Positions 25,914 through 35,942 of a DNA stretch of 44,566 nucleotides are shown piece after piece. Numbering within the stretch: position 1 is the stretch's first letter; every line of letters begins with the position of its first letter. The notes beneath the pieces are model-generated. The model was not told the origin of the DNA and made no database searches. It saw only the letters and a list, made by a program, of their open reading frames with translations. The DNA comes from Candidatus Hadarchaeales archaeon (lineage in GTDB: Archaea; Hadarchaeota; Hadarchaeia; Hadarchaeales; Hadarchaeaceae). The position numbers were made by a program, and so were the translations under genes. The stretch spans positions 1 through 44,566 of the forward strand of contig JAWCLG010000008.1 in NCBI GenBank assembly GCA_038851075.1, written 5' to 3'.

Positions 25914-26726
25914 TCAATCCCTTATCAGGATTTTTCTGAAGACCTGCGAGAATCCGAGGTAGGTTATGAAGTACCACCATCCAACTCCGAATGCGACAAC
26001 GGGTCCGAGAAATGGTATGTCTATCCTTCCGAATGGCAGCCATGCGACAACCCAGCCGCTGTAGGTACCCATGAGCAGTACCCACACCATCATCAGCGGG
26101 AGCATGTATATCAGGGTCGGTTTCATGGTCTGTTTCACAACATCCCCCTGAAGGCGCATGACCTCGGCCTGTTTCTGCTGGAGCTGGTGCATCAGCTTCA
26201 GGTTCTTCTTTCTGCTGGCCTCCTTGTACTGCTCCTGGAACTCTCTGAGCTTTGCCTTGGCCTCCCTTACGAGATTCCAGTTGACCATTTTGCGGTTGAG
26301 GAGCGTGACCAGGAGTGATATGATGATGGATATCGCGAGGATTATGAAAAGGGAGAGGCCGTGGGTTATTGGGAGGTACACCCCTATCTTCCCGGCTCCA
26401 CCAAGGACTGCAGACCTCAGGGCGAATATGTTTTCCTCGGTGGGGGACGCCGATAATGAGATGAAGTCGGTGCGTATTCTGTTGTCAAGCTCATTGTCCA
26501 CCCCGGCGACCCTGCTGCTGAACTTTTCGGAGTAAATGCCGGATGCTTCTGATATCAGGTTTACCGCGCCGCTGTTTTCGCCCTTTCTCAGCGAGACCAC
26601 GGCTGAGTCCATTCTGGCGATGAGCTCCTTGAGAGATGCAGAATTGTCCTCACCCTGGGCTGCGACCGCCCCGCATGTTGACAGCAGTACCATGGCGATG
26701 ATTGACAGGATGATGGCCCTTCTCAT
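25914..26726 (-). CDS. DUF106 / EMC3-TMCO1 (Oxa1 superfamily) membrane insertase with extra N-terminal secreted domain
   Basis: C-terminal half is TM - coiled coil - MKPTLIYMLP TM - WWYF, in the conserved position after secY. N-terminal signal peptide (AVAA|Q) plus about 95 aa of helical domain. Confidence 0.85.
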   Translation of the reverse strand: MRRAIILSIIAMVLLSTCGAVAAQGEDNSASLKELIARMDSAVVSLRKGENSGAVNLISEASGIYSEKFSSRVAGVDNELDNRIRTDFISLSASPTEENIFALRSAVLGGAGKIGVYLPITHGLSLFIILAISIIISLLVTLLNRKMVNWNLVREAKAKLREFQEQYKEASRKKNLKLMHQLQQKQAEVMRLQGDVVKQTMKPTLIYMLPLMMVWVLLMGTYSGWVVAWLPFGRIDIPFLGPVVAFGVGWWYFITYLGFSQVFRKILIRD

Positions 26727-26780
26727 CTGTATTACCCAGAACGATTTCTTCCGCACCTTATATTAGCGTTTGGTGGCGTT

Positions 26781-28112
26781 TCACTCCCCCAGCAGACCCC
26801 TTAGGGCAGGAAACATTTCCGATACCCTCTCCCTCGCGATCTCCTGGTAGAGCCCGTGAATGATTCCGACGGTCAGAAGAATTCCGGTCCCGCTTCCGAG
26901 GGCTCCGAGTATGTCCGCCCCGCCTGCGAGAAGCGCCACGAACAGACCCCCGACAACCGCAGCGCTCATTATGTATTTCCGCAGGACCCACTCCATCACC
27001 CTCACGTCGCGCCTGAACCCGGGTATGAGCATTCCGGATCGGTCGAGCTGCTGGGCCACCTCCCGTGGACCCATTCCGGTGAGGTTGACCCAGAGCCATG
27101 AGAAGCCCACCGAAAGCAGAGCAAGCAGTCCGATGTATATCCCGGCCCCGACCGGGTTATTCATTGTTGAGATAAGTCCGTTTGGAGGTGAGGTGTACTC
27201 CGACAGCCATGGAATGTTAAGAAGCACGGAGATTATCCTGAAATTGGCGAAAACCGTCATCGCAAGGATGACCGGAATGTTGGAGGTGTAGAGGAATCTT
27301 ATCGGATACCTCCCCCTCACCCCGCCGAATCTTCCGTACGCCACCGGTATCTCTATTCTCATGTTCTCAGCGTAGACCACCACAAGAAAGACCAGTATTG
27401 TGGCTACCACCCCCATCATGTTCGGGCCGGTCCTGAAGAACTGGTCCACCAGATTCTCTCCACCTAGGGCGGATCCTATAAAGTTCGGTATCGCCCCTGT
27501 GGTCGGGCTGAAGGCCTGCCACATCACGGTCATCGCGACCCCGCCGGCTATGAACAGGCTTATGCCGCTGCCGAATCCGTATTTGGACACGAGTTCGTCC
27601 AGATAAATAACGGCCAGAGTACCGAGCGTGAGCTGGACTACAATGAATATCCCTTGAGGTGACGTGATCCCCACTCCGTAGTGACCGGCTATGACAAGCA
27701 TGCTTCCCTGAAAAACTCCCATTATCACGGCCAGCAGCTTCTGAACTCCGGTGAAAAGCGCCCTGTCCTCGCCGCTTGAGAGGTCCAGCCCGATTATCTT
27801 GCTTCCCACCAGAAGCTGCATTATAATACCTGCCGTTACCACCGGACCTATTCCGAGCTCCATTATTGTCCCCACATGACTGGCGAGAACGAATCTGAGC
27901 TGCCCGAAGACCTCAGATATCTCGAGCTCTGGCGGTATTCCGTAGAGCGGAACCTGAGTCATAATGAAAAATAGAATGAGCACAATTCCGGTCCAGATGA
28001 ACTTTTCCCTGAAAGTTATGTGTCGCTTCGGTACGGTCACTTCAGGAATTTTTCGCACGATGGGTTCTAGGGAGTACAGAGCAGATCTCTTGGTCTGGGG
28101 AGCGGGTTCCAT
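26781..28112 (-). CDS. secY: Preprotein translocase SecY
   Basis: MELGIGPVVTAGIIMQLL, YGFGSGISLFIA, YTSNIPVIL and IPGFRRD. Confidence 0.97.
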   Translation of the reverse strand: MEPAPQTKRSALYSLEPIVRKIPEVTVPKRHITFREKFIWTGIVLILFFIMTQVPLYGIPPELEISEVFGQLRFVLASHVGTIMELGIGPVVTAGIIMQLLVGSKIIGLDLSSGEDRALFTGVQKLLAVIMGVFQGSMLVIAGHYGVGITSPQGIFIVVQLTLGTLAVIYLDELVSKYGFGSGISLFIAGGVAMTVMWQAFSPTTGAIPNFIGSALGGENLVDQFFRTGPNMMGVVATILVFLVVVYAENMRIEIPVAYGRFGGVRGRYPIRFLYTSNIPVILAMTVFANFRIISVLLNIPWLSEYTSPPNGLISTMNNPVGAGIYIGLLALLSVGFSWLWVNLTGMGPREVAQQLDRSGMLIPGFRRDVRVMEWVLRKYIMSAAVVGGLFVALLAGGADILGALGSGTGILLTVGIIHGLYQEIARERVSEMFPALRGLLGE

Positions 28113-28116
28113 CCTC

Positions 28117-28557
28117 TCAACCCGTGATGGCCTCCCCTCCGGCCTCTTTCAGTTTTTCAGCAGCAAGTTCCACAAATTTTTTGCATTTCACTGCAATAGG
28201 CTTGGTTACCCTGCCGCCCCCGAGAACCTTATCGTAGCCGAGCTTGGTGAGGTCCACCGTGTACTTGTTATTCTCCACCTGCGCAGCTCCGCTCTCCAGG
28301 AATTCATCCAGGCGCCTGTCGATCTCTCCGACGTTTATCGCGCGTTCACGCCTCCTGAGTTCCGAAGGACGCGTGAAACCGTGCTTGCCGAAGTAGTCAG
28401 GCATATACCTGAGCACGTAGGACCATTTCTGCTTGTGTCCGCCGCTCATCCCAGTTCCAGCCCTCTCACCGCTGCCCCTCCCCCTTTTGGCACATCCCCT
28501 GCCGTGCGTCCTGTTGCCCCTGAACTTTCTATGTTTTCTAGATCTTCTCACAACCAT
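28117..28557 (-). CDS. rpl15: 50S ribosomal protein uL15
   Basis: RGNRTHGRG, FGKHGF and KVLGGG. Confidence 0.95.
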   Translation of the reverse strand: MVVRRSRKHRKFRGNRTHGRGCAKRGRGSGERAGTGMSGGHKQKWSYVLRYMPDYFGKHGFTRPSELRRRERAINVGEIDRRLDEFLESGAAQVENNKYTVDLTKLGYDKVLGGGRVTKPIAVKCKKFVELAAEKLKEAGGEAITG

Positions 28558-28565
28558 GCTCGCAC

Positions 28566-29042
28566 CTAAGCCATCCTCTTTATCAGCTCGTTTATCGCAT
28601 CTCCCCTGTAGCCGAGATCTCCGAGGTCACGGTATGGCCTCTTCACGCTTCTGTAACCTTTTCGCGGGGGATGCAACCTGAAAACCTTTTTTATCTCTTT
28701 GATGTCATTGAGTTCAGCCTTTCCCTCACAAATCGCCGAGGCTAATTCTGCGATCGTCTGGAATCCGGTTGAGTTTTTCACAGTTTCATCCGTCAGAGGG
28801 CGGTTTCCGGAAGTTCTGCCCCTCTTTCTCAGGAGTATTTCAAGAGTTTCGGCGTTTATCTCACCCCACGTTAAATAATCCTTGGCTTTCTGGAGCATTC
28901 CTAGGATAGACTGGTTTTTGTCGAGAACGACGCAGTGATTGACCCTGTTAAGGCCGAGCAGTTTCATCGTCTCAACGGCACCCCGCTTCGCCTTTACACC
29001 GCCTCTTATCCGGACAACCGCGAGCTCAGGCACCCTCTTCAC
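28566..29042 (-). CDS. rpl30: 50S ribosomal protein uL30
   Basis: AVVRIRG, KDYLTWGE and FRLHPPRKG. Confidence 0.95.
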   Translation of the reverse strand: MKRVPELAVVRIRGGVKAKRGAVETMKLLGLNRVNHCVVLDKNQSILGMLQKAKDYLTWGEINAETLEILLRKRGRTSGNRPLTDETVKNSTGFQTIAELASAICEGKAELNDIKEIKKVFRLHPPRKGYRSVKRPYRDLGDLGYRGDAINELIKRMA

Positions 29043-29697
29043 CGACCATGCCGACTTTTATTTTTCCCCTGATGCTCTCGTTCACAGCCATCCTGGAAGT
29101 TTCCTTCAGGGCGTTGAGCGTGGCCATTGCGAAGTTGAGGGTACTCTTGGTCTGTCCCTCGGACCTCGTCCATGCATCCTTTATTCCGGCGAACCTGAGT
29201 ATTGTTCTTGGTATCTCCGCCGCCGCGCATCCGAGCCCTCTCGGGGCCGGTTTTATCGTTATCTTCACGCTGCCGCTTTTGCCGGTCACCGTGAACGGTA
29301 CCGAGTGCGGACGGCCGCAGCCGCACTCCCAGCTGCCGCAGCCCCTCGCAACCTCTATCACGTTCATCTTGGCGTTTTCTGTGGCTTTCCTGATGGACGA
29401 TGTTATCTCTCTGGCGCTCGCCTGTCCTATCCCCACCACTCCGTCCCTGTTTCCGAGCACCATCACGACCTTGTATTTCACCCGTCTCCCTGACTTGTGC
29501 ATCCTCTGGACCAGGTTGACGTTTATTATCTCCTCCTCAAGTCCCGGGACGAGCATGTCTGTTATTTCAGGTTCCCTGATTTTTTCGCCGGATGAAAGTA
29601 TCTGCGATATGCTTGTTATTCTGCCCTCCTTGACAGCCTTTCCGAGCTCCGTTTTTGGCTCCCACATCTCCCTGTTGAACTCCGGTTTTTGAGGCAT
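29026..29697 (-). CDS. rps5: 30S ribosomal protein uS5
   Basis: WEPKTELG, RGCGSWECGC and PAPRGLG. Confidence 0.96.
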   Translation of the reverse strand: MPQKPEFNREMWEPKTELGKAVKEGRITSISQILSSGEKIREPEITDMLVPGLEEEIINVNLVQRMHKSGRRVKYKVVMVLGNRDGVVGIGQASAREITSSIRKATENAKMNVIEVARGCGSWECGCGRPHSVPFTVTGKSGSVKITIKPAPRGLGCAAAEIPRTILRFAGIKDAWTRSEGQTKSTLNFAMATLNALKETSRMAVNESIRGKIKVGMVGEEGA

Positions 29698-29705
29698 ACG
29701 TTCAC

Positions 29706-30296
29706 CTACTGAAACTGCTTTACTATCTCCTGCTTTATCGCATTAAAATGCTCTGGAAGGTCCTCTGGGTTCAGCCCCCGTTTTATGTATTCCGAGAACC
29801 TTTTTTCGTATGATCCGGGATCTTTTTCCCTTAAGCCCCTCGCGTGTTCGGAGATGTGCTTTCCGGATATTCTGTCTTCGTCCGGAGTGATATCTCCGTG
29901 CGGAATCTCGAGCCCCGCGTCGAGTGCACCTTTGAGAACGGAGAATATCGTACTCCTGCCGGCAGGCCTCGTGACTCCTGAGTCAAGAACGCAGCTCCTC
30001 ACTCCGGCCTTCATCGCCCTGTATCCGCACAGAAGCCCAACTAGGTATGCGGATGGCATGTTTGAGCACCCACCCTTCCATCCCATCTTAACCAGCTGTT
30101 TGGAGTGTGCTGATGCAAGAATTTTGTCTCCTTTTTCAGTACTTTCGATAACTTGGGCGCTGACGTGCTTCAGGCTTATTCGCGGGACAAACCTGGGTTT
30201 TCCCGACATCAGGAGCCTCAGCCTCAGCCTGTAGTCAGTCCTTCCTTCTCTCTTTCTGCGGAACTGGACTCTGTAACGTGGACCGCTCTTTTTCAT
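29706..30296 (-). CDS. rpl18: 50S ribosomal protein uL18
   Basis: GPRYRVQFRRKREGRTDY and SAYLVGLL. Confidence 0.96.
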   Translation of the reverse strand: MKKSGPRYRVQFRRKREGRTDYRLRLRLLMSGKPRFVPRISLKHVSAQVIESTEKGDKILASAHSKQLVKMGWKGGCSNMPSAYLVGLLCGYRAMKAGVRSCVLDSGVTRPAGRSTIFSVLKGALDAGLEIPHGDITPDEDRISGKHISEHARGLREKDPGSYEKRFSEYIKRGLNPEDLPEHFNAIKQEIVKQFQ

Positions 30297-30739
30297 TTTA
30301 CCAGTCCCTTCTCACGGAGGTACATCTCAAGGTGGGCCCTGCTTCTGAATGTCCCTCCTTTTATCATCAGGTACAGTTTTCTGTATTCGCTGGAGCTTAT
30401 CGCGCCCTCCTTTTTGAGCTCGTTGACCCTGCGTCTTAGCGGGCGTACTGTCTGAACCCATGTCCGCTTGCGCGGTTTTCTTGCCCTTTTTGCCCCTTTC
30501 CTGCTACCGTGCCCCCCTCTTCGTCCCGCTTCTTTCTTGGCCCTCATATCCCTGATCCTTCCCCTGCTTGTGCCACCCTGAGGCTTTACTCTTATCGCTC
30601 CTCCTTTTATCAGACGCCTGATGTCGTCTCTGGTTATCGCAGACTCTATGTCTTCAGCGCGGGAGGGATCCATCCATATTCTGTCAGCGCCAACGCCCAG
30701 CATTCTAGCCGCCAGTCTTTTTTTCTCCCTCAGGTTCAA
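30293..30739 (-). CDS. rpl19e: 50S ribosomal protein eL19
   Basis: KRLAARMLGVG, ITRDDIR, GSRKG and YRKLY. Confidence 0.95.
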   Translation of the reverse strand: MNLREKKRLAARMLGVGADRIWMDPSRAEDIESAITRDDIRRLIKGGAIRVKPQGGTSRGRIRDMRAKKEAGRRGGHGSRKGAKRARKPRKRTWVQTVRPLRRRVNELKKEGAISSSEYRKLYLMIKGGTFRSRAHLEMYLREKGLVK

Positions 30740-31079
30740 CTTTCCTCACCCCCGGGTTTAACACCCTTATTCCGAGTTCAGATGCTGCTTTAATTATCTT
30801 CTCTCTCTTTCTCCATCCGGTGCTGGAGGCGATGCGTGCCGCCTGCCTTTTTGGATCGAGCGTTTTCACGTCATCAGGACTGCAGACCAGAACCTCCTCC
30901 AGCCCTGAAGGATGCAGACCCCTCTCAGACTTTCTGGTCCCGTATCCCGCTGACACCAGTGGAGGTTTGCCCTTCTTCCTCAGTCTCATCTTGCTGTCTT
31001 TCCCTTTCGGTTTGCGCCACTTTTCGCCAAGCCTTTTGTATCTGAACCACTCCTGTCTCCTGAACTTTGGCATTTTCAT
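30705..31079 (-). CDS. rpl32e: 50S ribosomal protein eL32
   Basis: PKFRRQEW, WRKPKG and RGLHPSG. Confidence 0.95.
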   Translation of the reverse strand: MKMPKFRRQEWFRYKRLGEKWRKPKGKDSKMRLRKKGKPPLVSAGYGTRKSERGLHPSGLEEVLVCSPDDVKTLDPKRQAARIASSTGWRKREKIIKAASELGIRVLNPGVRKVEPEGEKKTGG

Positions 31080-31606
31080 CTCCCCTCAACTATATAGCAT
31101 CCGTCCTGGAACACCCTCCTGTCCCTACCTGTAACTCTGGTCGCGTGTTCTATCCTCAGGGCGGTCTGCGCCACGTCTTCCTTGTTCGTACCGCTCACGA
31201 TTATCTCATCTCCTTTAACCTCGACCCTGCAGTCACCCAGTATCTCGGCCACCCTTGGAGATCTCTCTCCTATGAAGTTGTGTATCAGCACCTTTTTGCC
31301 CTCTGTTTTTACTGTTATTGGAAAGTGGGAATAGACGACCTTGAGCCTGTAGGTGAATCCCTCCATCACACCCTTTATCATGTTTTTTATGTGCGCCTTG
31401 ATCGTGCCAGTGGCCGCCTTCTCCCTTTTTCTTTCTCTGAGGCTTTTTATCACTATGAAATTTCCATCGGTCGCAAGTGTAACCCCCGTGAAGCCGAAGC
31501 TTCTCCTGAGAGTGCCTTTCGTTCCGCTTACTTCGACGGTCGCCCCGCTGACGGCCGCCTTCACTCCTTCAGGGATCTCTATCTTCTCTTCTATCATCCC
31601 GCTCAA
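31076..31606 (-). CDS. rpl6: 50S ribosomal protein uL6
   Basis: IPEGV, YSHFP, NFIGE and DRRVFQDGCYI. Confidence 0.96.
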   Translation of the reverse strand: MSGMIEEKIEIPEGVKAAVSGATVEVSGTKGTLRRSFGFTGVTLATDGNFIVIKSLRERKREKAATGTIKAHIKNMIKGVMEGFTYRLKVVYSHFPITVKTEGKKVLIHNFIGERSPRVAEILGDCRVEVKGDEIIVSGTNKEDVAQTALRIEHATRVTGRDRRVFQDGCYIVEGR

Positions 31607-31662
31607 CTCCGTCTACTTTTGGCATTTTCTCATAAAAAGGTGCAGTGCCCTATCAAGCCCCG

Positions 31663-32055
31663 CTAATAAACGTAGGCCAGCAGCTTTCCTCCGAGCCCCA
31701 TCTCCCTAGCTTTACGATGGTTCATGATGCCCCTGGAAGTGGAAACCACCAGCATGCCGATTCCCGAGGCCGGCAGGTACCTTTTCTCCCATTTTTCATA
31801 TTCATCATTTCTGACCGAGTATCTCGGCTTTATGGCGCCGCACCTGTTTATCCTCCCGTTCAGCTCTATCCTGAGCGCTTTGCCATGGGGCCCGTCCACA
31901 GTCTCGTAGTTGCTTATATAACCCTCCGTTTTCATGAGAACCAGTATCTCCAGCAGCAGCTTTTGTGACGTTGAAACCTCCAGCGTCCTCTTTCTCGCGA
32001 CCTCGGAGTTGAGGATTTTTGAGAGAGCATCTGCTATGGGATCCATCTTCAACAC
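31663..32055 (-). CDS. rps8: 30S ribosomal protein uS8
   Basis: DPIADAL, INRCGAIKPR and GGKLLAYVY. Alternative start ATG at 32046. Confidence 0.96.
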   Translation of the reverse strand: MLKMDPIADALSKILNSEVARKRTLEVSTSQKLLLEILVLMKTEGYISNYETVDGPHGKALRIELNGRINRCGAIKPRYSVRNDEYEKWEKRYLPASGIGMLVVSTSRGIMNHRKAREMGLGGKLLAYVY

Positions 32056-32202
32056 CTAGCGATATTTTTTGAACCCCATCCTCGGTGCAAGCTCTCTGAA
32101 GCACCTTCTGCATAGGTTCAGCCCGTATCTCTGGTAGATGTGCCCGTGCCTGCCGCAGTTGGAGCAGACGTGTGCACCTTTTCCGTATTTCGCCTTGGGC
32201 AT
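32056..32202 (-). CDS. rps14: 30S ribosomal protein uS14 (Zn-binding), 48 aa, not in ORF track
   Basis: Manual translation [48 protein letters not shown]. Confidence 0.95.
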   Translation of the reverse strand: MPKAKYGKGAHVCSNCGRHGHIYQRYGLNLCRRCFRELAPRMGFKKYR

Positions 32203-32708
32203 CAGATCACCTGCACTCCAAATTTTTCTTTCATGAAATCTATCGCCTCTCCGGCGGTGACGGCCTGCTTCTTTGGGAGCGGGCGCGGTGTCTTTGCCCT
32301 GCGTTTTACTCTTCCTCCCTTTCTCTCAAGCCTGACGCATACGTCCATTCCGAATATGCCGAGCTCCGGGTCGTATGAAACTCCGGGTATGTCTATGTGC
32401 TCCTTTATTCCGAAAGAAAAGTTCCCGTTCCCGTCAAACGAATCGGCCTTTACCTTTTTCTCCACGGCTTCGAGCGCCCTTTCCAGCATTTCACGGGCCT
32501 TTTCACCGCGGAGCGTTACCATGCACCCTATCGGACTGCCCTTCTTAACCCCCCATTCCCTCACGCTCTTTCGTGCGAACGTTCTCGCCGGTTTTGACCC
32601 GGTTATTATCTCCAGCACCTTCTCAGCTTTGGCCAGCCTGTCTCCCCCCTCGCCAACCCCTATGTTTATCACGACCTTTTCTATTCCTATCTCTCTCATC
32701 GGATTCAT
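32202..32708 (-). CDS. rpl5: 50S ribosomal protein uL5
   Basis: [14 protein letters not shown] and [11 protein letters not shown]. Confidence 0.96.
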   Translation of the reverse strand: MNPMREIGIEKVVINIGVGEGGDRLAKAEKVLEIITGSKPARTFARKSVREWGVKKGSPIGCMVTLRGEKAREMLERALEAVEKKVKADSFDGNGNFSFGIKEHIDIPGVSYDPELGIFGMDVCVRLERKGGRVKRRAKTPRPLPKKQAVTAGEAIDFMKEKFGVQVI

Positions 32709-33433
32709 TCTTCATCACCATTCACTTTTATGCAAGTCGTGTCCTTTCCGATTATGAATACATAGTTTTCCGGGACCTGAATCTCCCCGCTTTTAGTCTT
32801 GAGGGTGATGAGGTTCGGGTGTCCACCGGGCGTTATCTTTACCTCAGATATCGTTCCGGTCATGCCAACGTTGGAACCACCAATAACAAGCGATGTGGCG
32901 CCAACCTTGAATGGAAGCGTTTCAATGATTTTTTGATCAGGCAGTCCAATTTTTAGAACGTCATTTGGTTTCGCTTCAGCGTTCCCGATGATTGTCCTGC
33001 CATCATGCAGTGAGAGCTGGGTCCTGTTTCCGCTTATAGTCCTCTTTCCAGTTACTTTGCACAGTTTGAATGAAGACTCGCTCTGGTCTATTCGAACCAG
33101 CGTAAGCGCCCCGCTTCTGTCTATGAGCATCCTGTAAGAGCATCCTGCGGCAGGTATCTGTACCACGTCCATCAAACCCACCGGGAATTTTGGCTCTCTC
33201 CTGGCAACACCGTCCACCAGCACGTTTCCGCCGTTTATTATCCTGTCCGTTTCTCTGGCGGTTTTACCAAGATGGAGTTTTTCGCTGATCAGGGTTCTCA
33301 GCGGGATTGAGACCTCTGTCGGGTGTGGTCCAGGGGCCGGCTTCGTGATCCAGGTGTGAGTTTTTCTCTCTATTTTCATGGCTTTGGGCGCCGCGTACCT
33401 GTGGCACTGTCGTTTTCCGCCTTTACTGGCCAA
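32705..33433 (-). CDS. rps4e: 30S ribosomal protein eS4
   Basis: PAPGPH, FPVGLMDV and HDGRT. Confidence 0.95.
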   Translation of the reverse strand: MASKGGKRQCHRYAAPKAMKIERKTHTWITKPAPGPHPTEVSIPLRTLISEKLHLGKTARETDRIINGGNVLVDGVARREPKFPVGLMDVVQIPAAGCSYRMLIDRSGALTLVRIDQSESSFKLCKVTGKRTISGNRTQLSLHDGRTIIGNAEAKPNDVLKIGLPDQKIIETLPFKVGATSLVIGGSNVGMTGTISEVKITPGGHPNLITLKTKSGEIQVPENYVFIIGKDTTCIKVNGDEE

Positions 33434-33791
33434 CCTTTGACCCCCTTTTCAATGTTTTTTCCCTTTTCCGATCTTCGACCATCTTTGTTATCATAACCTT
33501 TGATGGTTTTATGGGTCTCGGGACCTGTGTGCCGTCTGATTTTGTCGTCAGAACTCCCTCGACGTGGATGATGCCGAGTTTGCTGTTTACCTCGAGCACA
33601 TCCCCCTCCATTTTTTTAAAGTCCCCGGCCATGACGATAACGCGATCGCCTTTTCTTATCCTGGCGGAACGCTTCCCGTACTTTTCACTGAGCTCGGGGC
33701 TGAGCTGTGCATGCAGAAATCTCTTTCTCATGTGGAGCGGGCATGAGTATATCGCCAGCCTCTGTTTTCTCGGTTTGGTGCTGCCCATCAT
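33423..33791 (-). CDS. rpl24: 50S ribosomal protein uL24
   Basis: KPRKQR, LSPEL and RKGDRV KOW motif. Confidence 0.94.
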   Translation of the reverse strand: MMGSTKPRKQRLAIYSCPLHMRKRFLHAQLSPELSEKYGKRSARIRKGDRVIVMAGDFKKMEGDVLEVNSKLGIIHVEGVLTTKSDGTQVPRPIKPSKVMITKMVEDRKREKTLKRGSKVGQ

Positions 33792-34216
33792 CACACCACG
33801 ATCGATGCTATCCCGGCGACTTTTGGCCATCTCTCTGCGGCCTCTCTGGCCATCGGTCCCTTGACTTCAGAACCCTTAGGTGCGGCCTCTGGAGTTATTA
33901 TCACTGCGGCGTTGTCCTCGAACTTTATGCGCATTCCGTCCTTTCTCCTGTACTCCTTTCTCTGGCGTATTATCACCGCCTGCACCAGCTGTTTTCTGAG
34001 CTCGGCGGTCCCCTTTTTGACCGATGCGACAACGCGATCTCCAACTCCGGCTTTACCCATGCGTGCCCTTCTGCCCTTATATTTCATCACGCTGACTATC
34101 TGGAGTTCCTTTGCTCCGGTATTGTCCGCGCACTCCAGCCTTGCTCCGGTTGTGAGACACCTTGTAGGGGTCACGGCAGAAACTCCTATTGCTGTACCTG
34201 CTCCCTTTTTACCCAT
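33791..34216 (-). CDS. rpl14: 50S ribosomal protein uL14
   Basis: CADNTGA, FEDNAAV and [12 protein letters not shown]. Confidence 0.96.
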   Translation of the reverse strand: MGKKGAGTAIGVSAVTPTRCLTTGARLECADNTGAKELQIVSVMKYKGRRARMGKAGVGDRVVASVKKGTAELRKQLVQAVIIRQRKEYRRKDGMRIKFEDNAAVIITPEAAPKGSEVKGPMAREAAERWPKVAGIASIVV

Positions 34217-34221
34217 TCACA

Positions 34222-34515
34222 TCACCCGAGCTTTTTTATAACCGCAAAAGATTTTGTCCGGCTGAGCTTTCTGCACTCCATTACTGCGACCCTGTCCCCC
34301 GTTTTTGCAGATATGCAGGGCGGGTTGTGGGCCTTTATCCTTGAGGTTCTGCGCTCGTATCTCTCATATTTCGGTATATACTTCATTCGCTCCACCTCAA
34401 TGGTGACCGTTTTACTCATCTTGTCGCTCACCACGGTCCCCTCTATAACCTTCCCTCTAGTGGAGAGCCCGCCGTGTATCGGGCACTTTGCGTCCCCGCA
34501 TTTCGCCTCTTCCAT
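34222..34515 (-). CDS. rps17: 30S ribosomal protein uS17
   Basis: CGDAKCPIHG, KYERYE and ECRKLSRTK. ATG at 34515 has a GGGTGA SD (TTG at 34536 is the alternative). Confidence 0.95.
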   Translation of the reverse strand: MEEAKCGDAKCPIHGGLSTRGKVIEGTVVSDKMSKTVTIEVERMKYIPKYERYERRTSRIKAHNPPCISAKTGDRVAVMECRKLSRTKSFAVIKKLG

Positions 34516-34519
34516 TTTT

Positions 34520-34786
34520 TCACCCTGTTTTTCCAATTCTGTTCTCCAGCCTGCCTATCAACTTTTCCCCGCTTATCTTAACCCTTTCACCGTCGGGCAG
34601 CGTCACGAGGAGAATAGAAATTGATTTTGGGACTTTTTTAATTTTTCCCTCATGCTCGATGAACAGCATCTTCATTGTTTCATCAACCACCCTTCCGCGG
34701 GCGCCGATAAGGCCGGGGTCACGGGATTCCAGCACCTCCACGTGAAGACCGATGAGCCCGGACGCGCAGGGCGCTTTCTCTTTCAT
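34520..34786 (-). CDS. rnp1: RNase P protein component 1 (Rpp29/POP4)
   Basis: LIGLHVEV, GRVVDET and KVPK; conserved position before rps17. Confidence 0.9.
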   Translation of the reverse strand: MKEKAPCASGLIGLHVEVLESRDPGLIGARGRVVDETMKMLFIEHEGKIKKVPKSISILLVTLPDGERVKISGEKLIGRLENRIGKTG

Positions 34787-34790
34787 CTTG

Positions 34791-35105
34791 TTATCTTACC
34801 TCTATCATGTCCGGGGAGAATCCCATCTCTGTGAGCACCTCTTTTACCCTTGCTCTGTGGTTTCCCTGAAGCTCTATGTGGTTCTCCTTTGAGGTCCCGC
34901 CGCAGGCCAGCTTGGATTTGAGGTTTTTTGTGAGTTCTTTCAGGTTAACCTGTTTTTCGTCAACTCCCTCGATTATGGTCATTATTTTCCCGAACTTTCG
35001 TTTCACGACGTATACGCTTATCCGCTGCTGTTCTCTCGAGATCTCCTGGCAGACGCAGAGCTCCTTCGGGAGACCGCAGACCTTACATATCTCCTGCGAG
35101 TTCAT
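34791..35105 (-). CDS. yciH: Translation factor SUI1/aIF1 (YciH)
   Basis: [22 protein letters not shown] and IELQGNH. Confidence 0.94.
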   Translation of the reverse strand: MNSQEICKVCGLPKELCVCQEISREQQRISVYVVKRKFGKIMTIIEGVDEKQVNLKELTKNLKSKLACGGTSKENHIELQGNHRARVKEVLTEMGFSPDMIEVR

Positions 35106-35308
35106 CTACCCCCTTGTTTTTCACCTATCACCGTTAGTATCCTTGCTATCATCCTTTTAAGCTGTCTCACCTGGGATGGATTTTCCGTGCTTCCGCCCGC
35201 GGCCGCAGTTGCCCTCGCCTTTGCGAGCTCCGCCCTGAGCTCCCTGAGCTTTGCGAGCAGTTCCTCGACGCTCATGCCGCGCATTTCCTTAGCGCTGAGT
35301 TTCGCCAA
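35102..35308 (-). CDS. rpl29: 50S ribosomal protein uL29
   Basis: [10 protein letters not shown] and ENP..IARILT. Confidence 0.93.
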   Translation of the reverse strand: MAKLSAKEMRGMSVEELLAKLRELRAELAKARATAAAGGSTENPSQVRQLKRMIARILTVIGEKQGGR

Positions 35309-35942
35309 CTTCGCTTCCCCCTTCCCCTGTGGTTTTGGTCTCTTCCTCCTTCATGGAGATTTCGTCAGGCAACTTTGCATCGGGCGGCATTATGGCAACC
35401 TTCACTCCAACGATGCCGGGTTTCAGTTTTGCCGTGGCGATTCCGCGGCTGACAAGTCTCTCGGCTGGCTCTCCTGCCTTGCTCAGATAACCCTGATAAA
35501 ACCTCTCGCTTCTCTTCCTCTCACCGGCTATTTTTCCGGATATGATTATCTCGACCCCTCTGGCTCCGGCTTCCATGATCCTCCTGATCATGGCGTGGCC
35601 CACTCTTCTTACTCCTATTCCCCGCTCCAGCGCGAAGGCAATGCGTTTTGCCATGATGCCCCCGTGCAGCTCCGGGTTCTTTATCTCCGCCACCTCTATC
35701 TGCGGGTTTTCAAGTCCGTATTTCTTCTCCAGGTCATCGGTGAGCTGTTTTATGCTTTTTCCCTTCCTCCCGATGACCATCCCAGGCCGCTCCACATACA
35801 GCGTTACCTGCGTCCCGGTTGGAATCCGCCTTACCTCGACCCCGCCGTATCCGGCCTTCTCCAGCTCTTTCGCAAGGAAGTTCTCCAGCCCCACGCGTCT
35901 TGCGCCTCTTTTTATGAATGTTCGCTCAACCGGCATGTTCAT
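35289..35942 (-). CDS. rps3: 30S ribosomal protein uS3
   Basis: [15 protein letters not shown] (KH domain) and [12 protein letters not shown]. Confidence 0.96.
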   Translation of the reverse strand: MNMPVERTFIKRGARRVGLENFLAKELEKAGYGGVEVRRIPTGTQVTLYVERPGMVIGRKGKSIKQLTDDLEKKYGLENPQIEVAEIKNPELHGGIMAKRIAFALERGIGVRRVGHAMIRRIMEAGARGVEIIISGKIAGERKRSERFYQGYLSKAGEPAERLVSRGIATAKLKPGIVGVKVAIMPPDAKLPDEISMKEEETKTTGEGGSEVGETQR

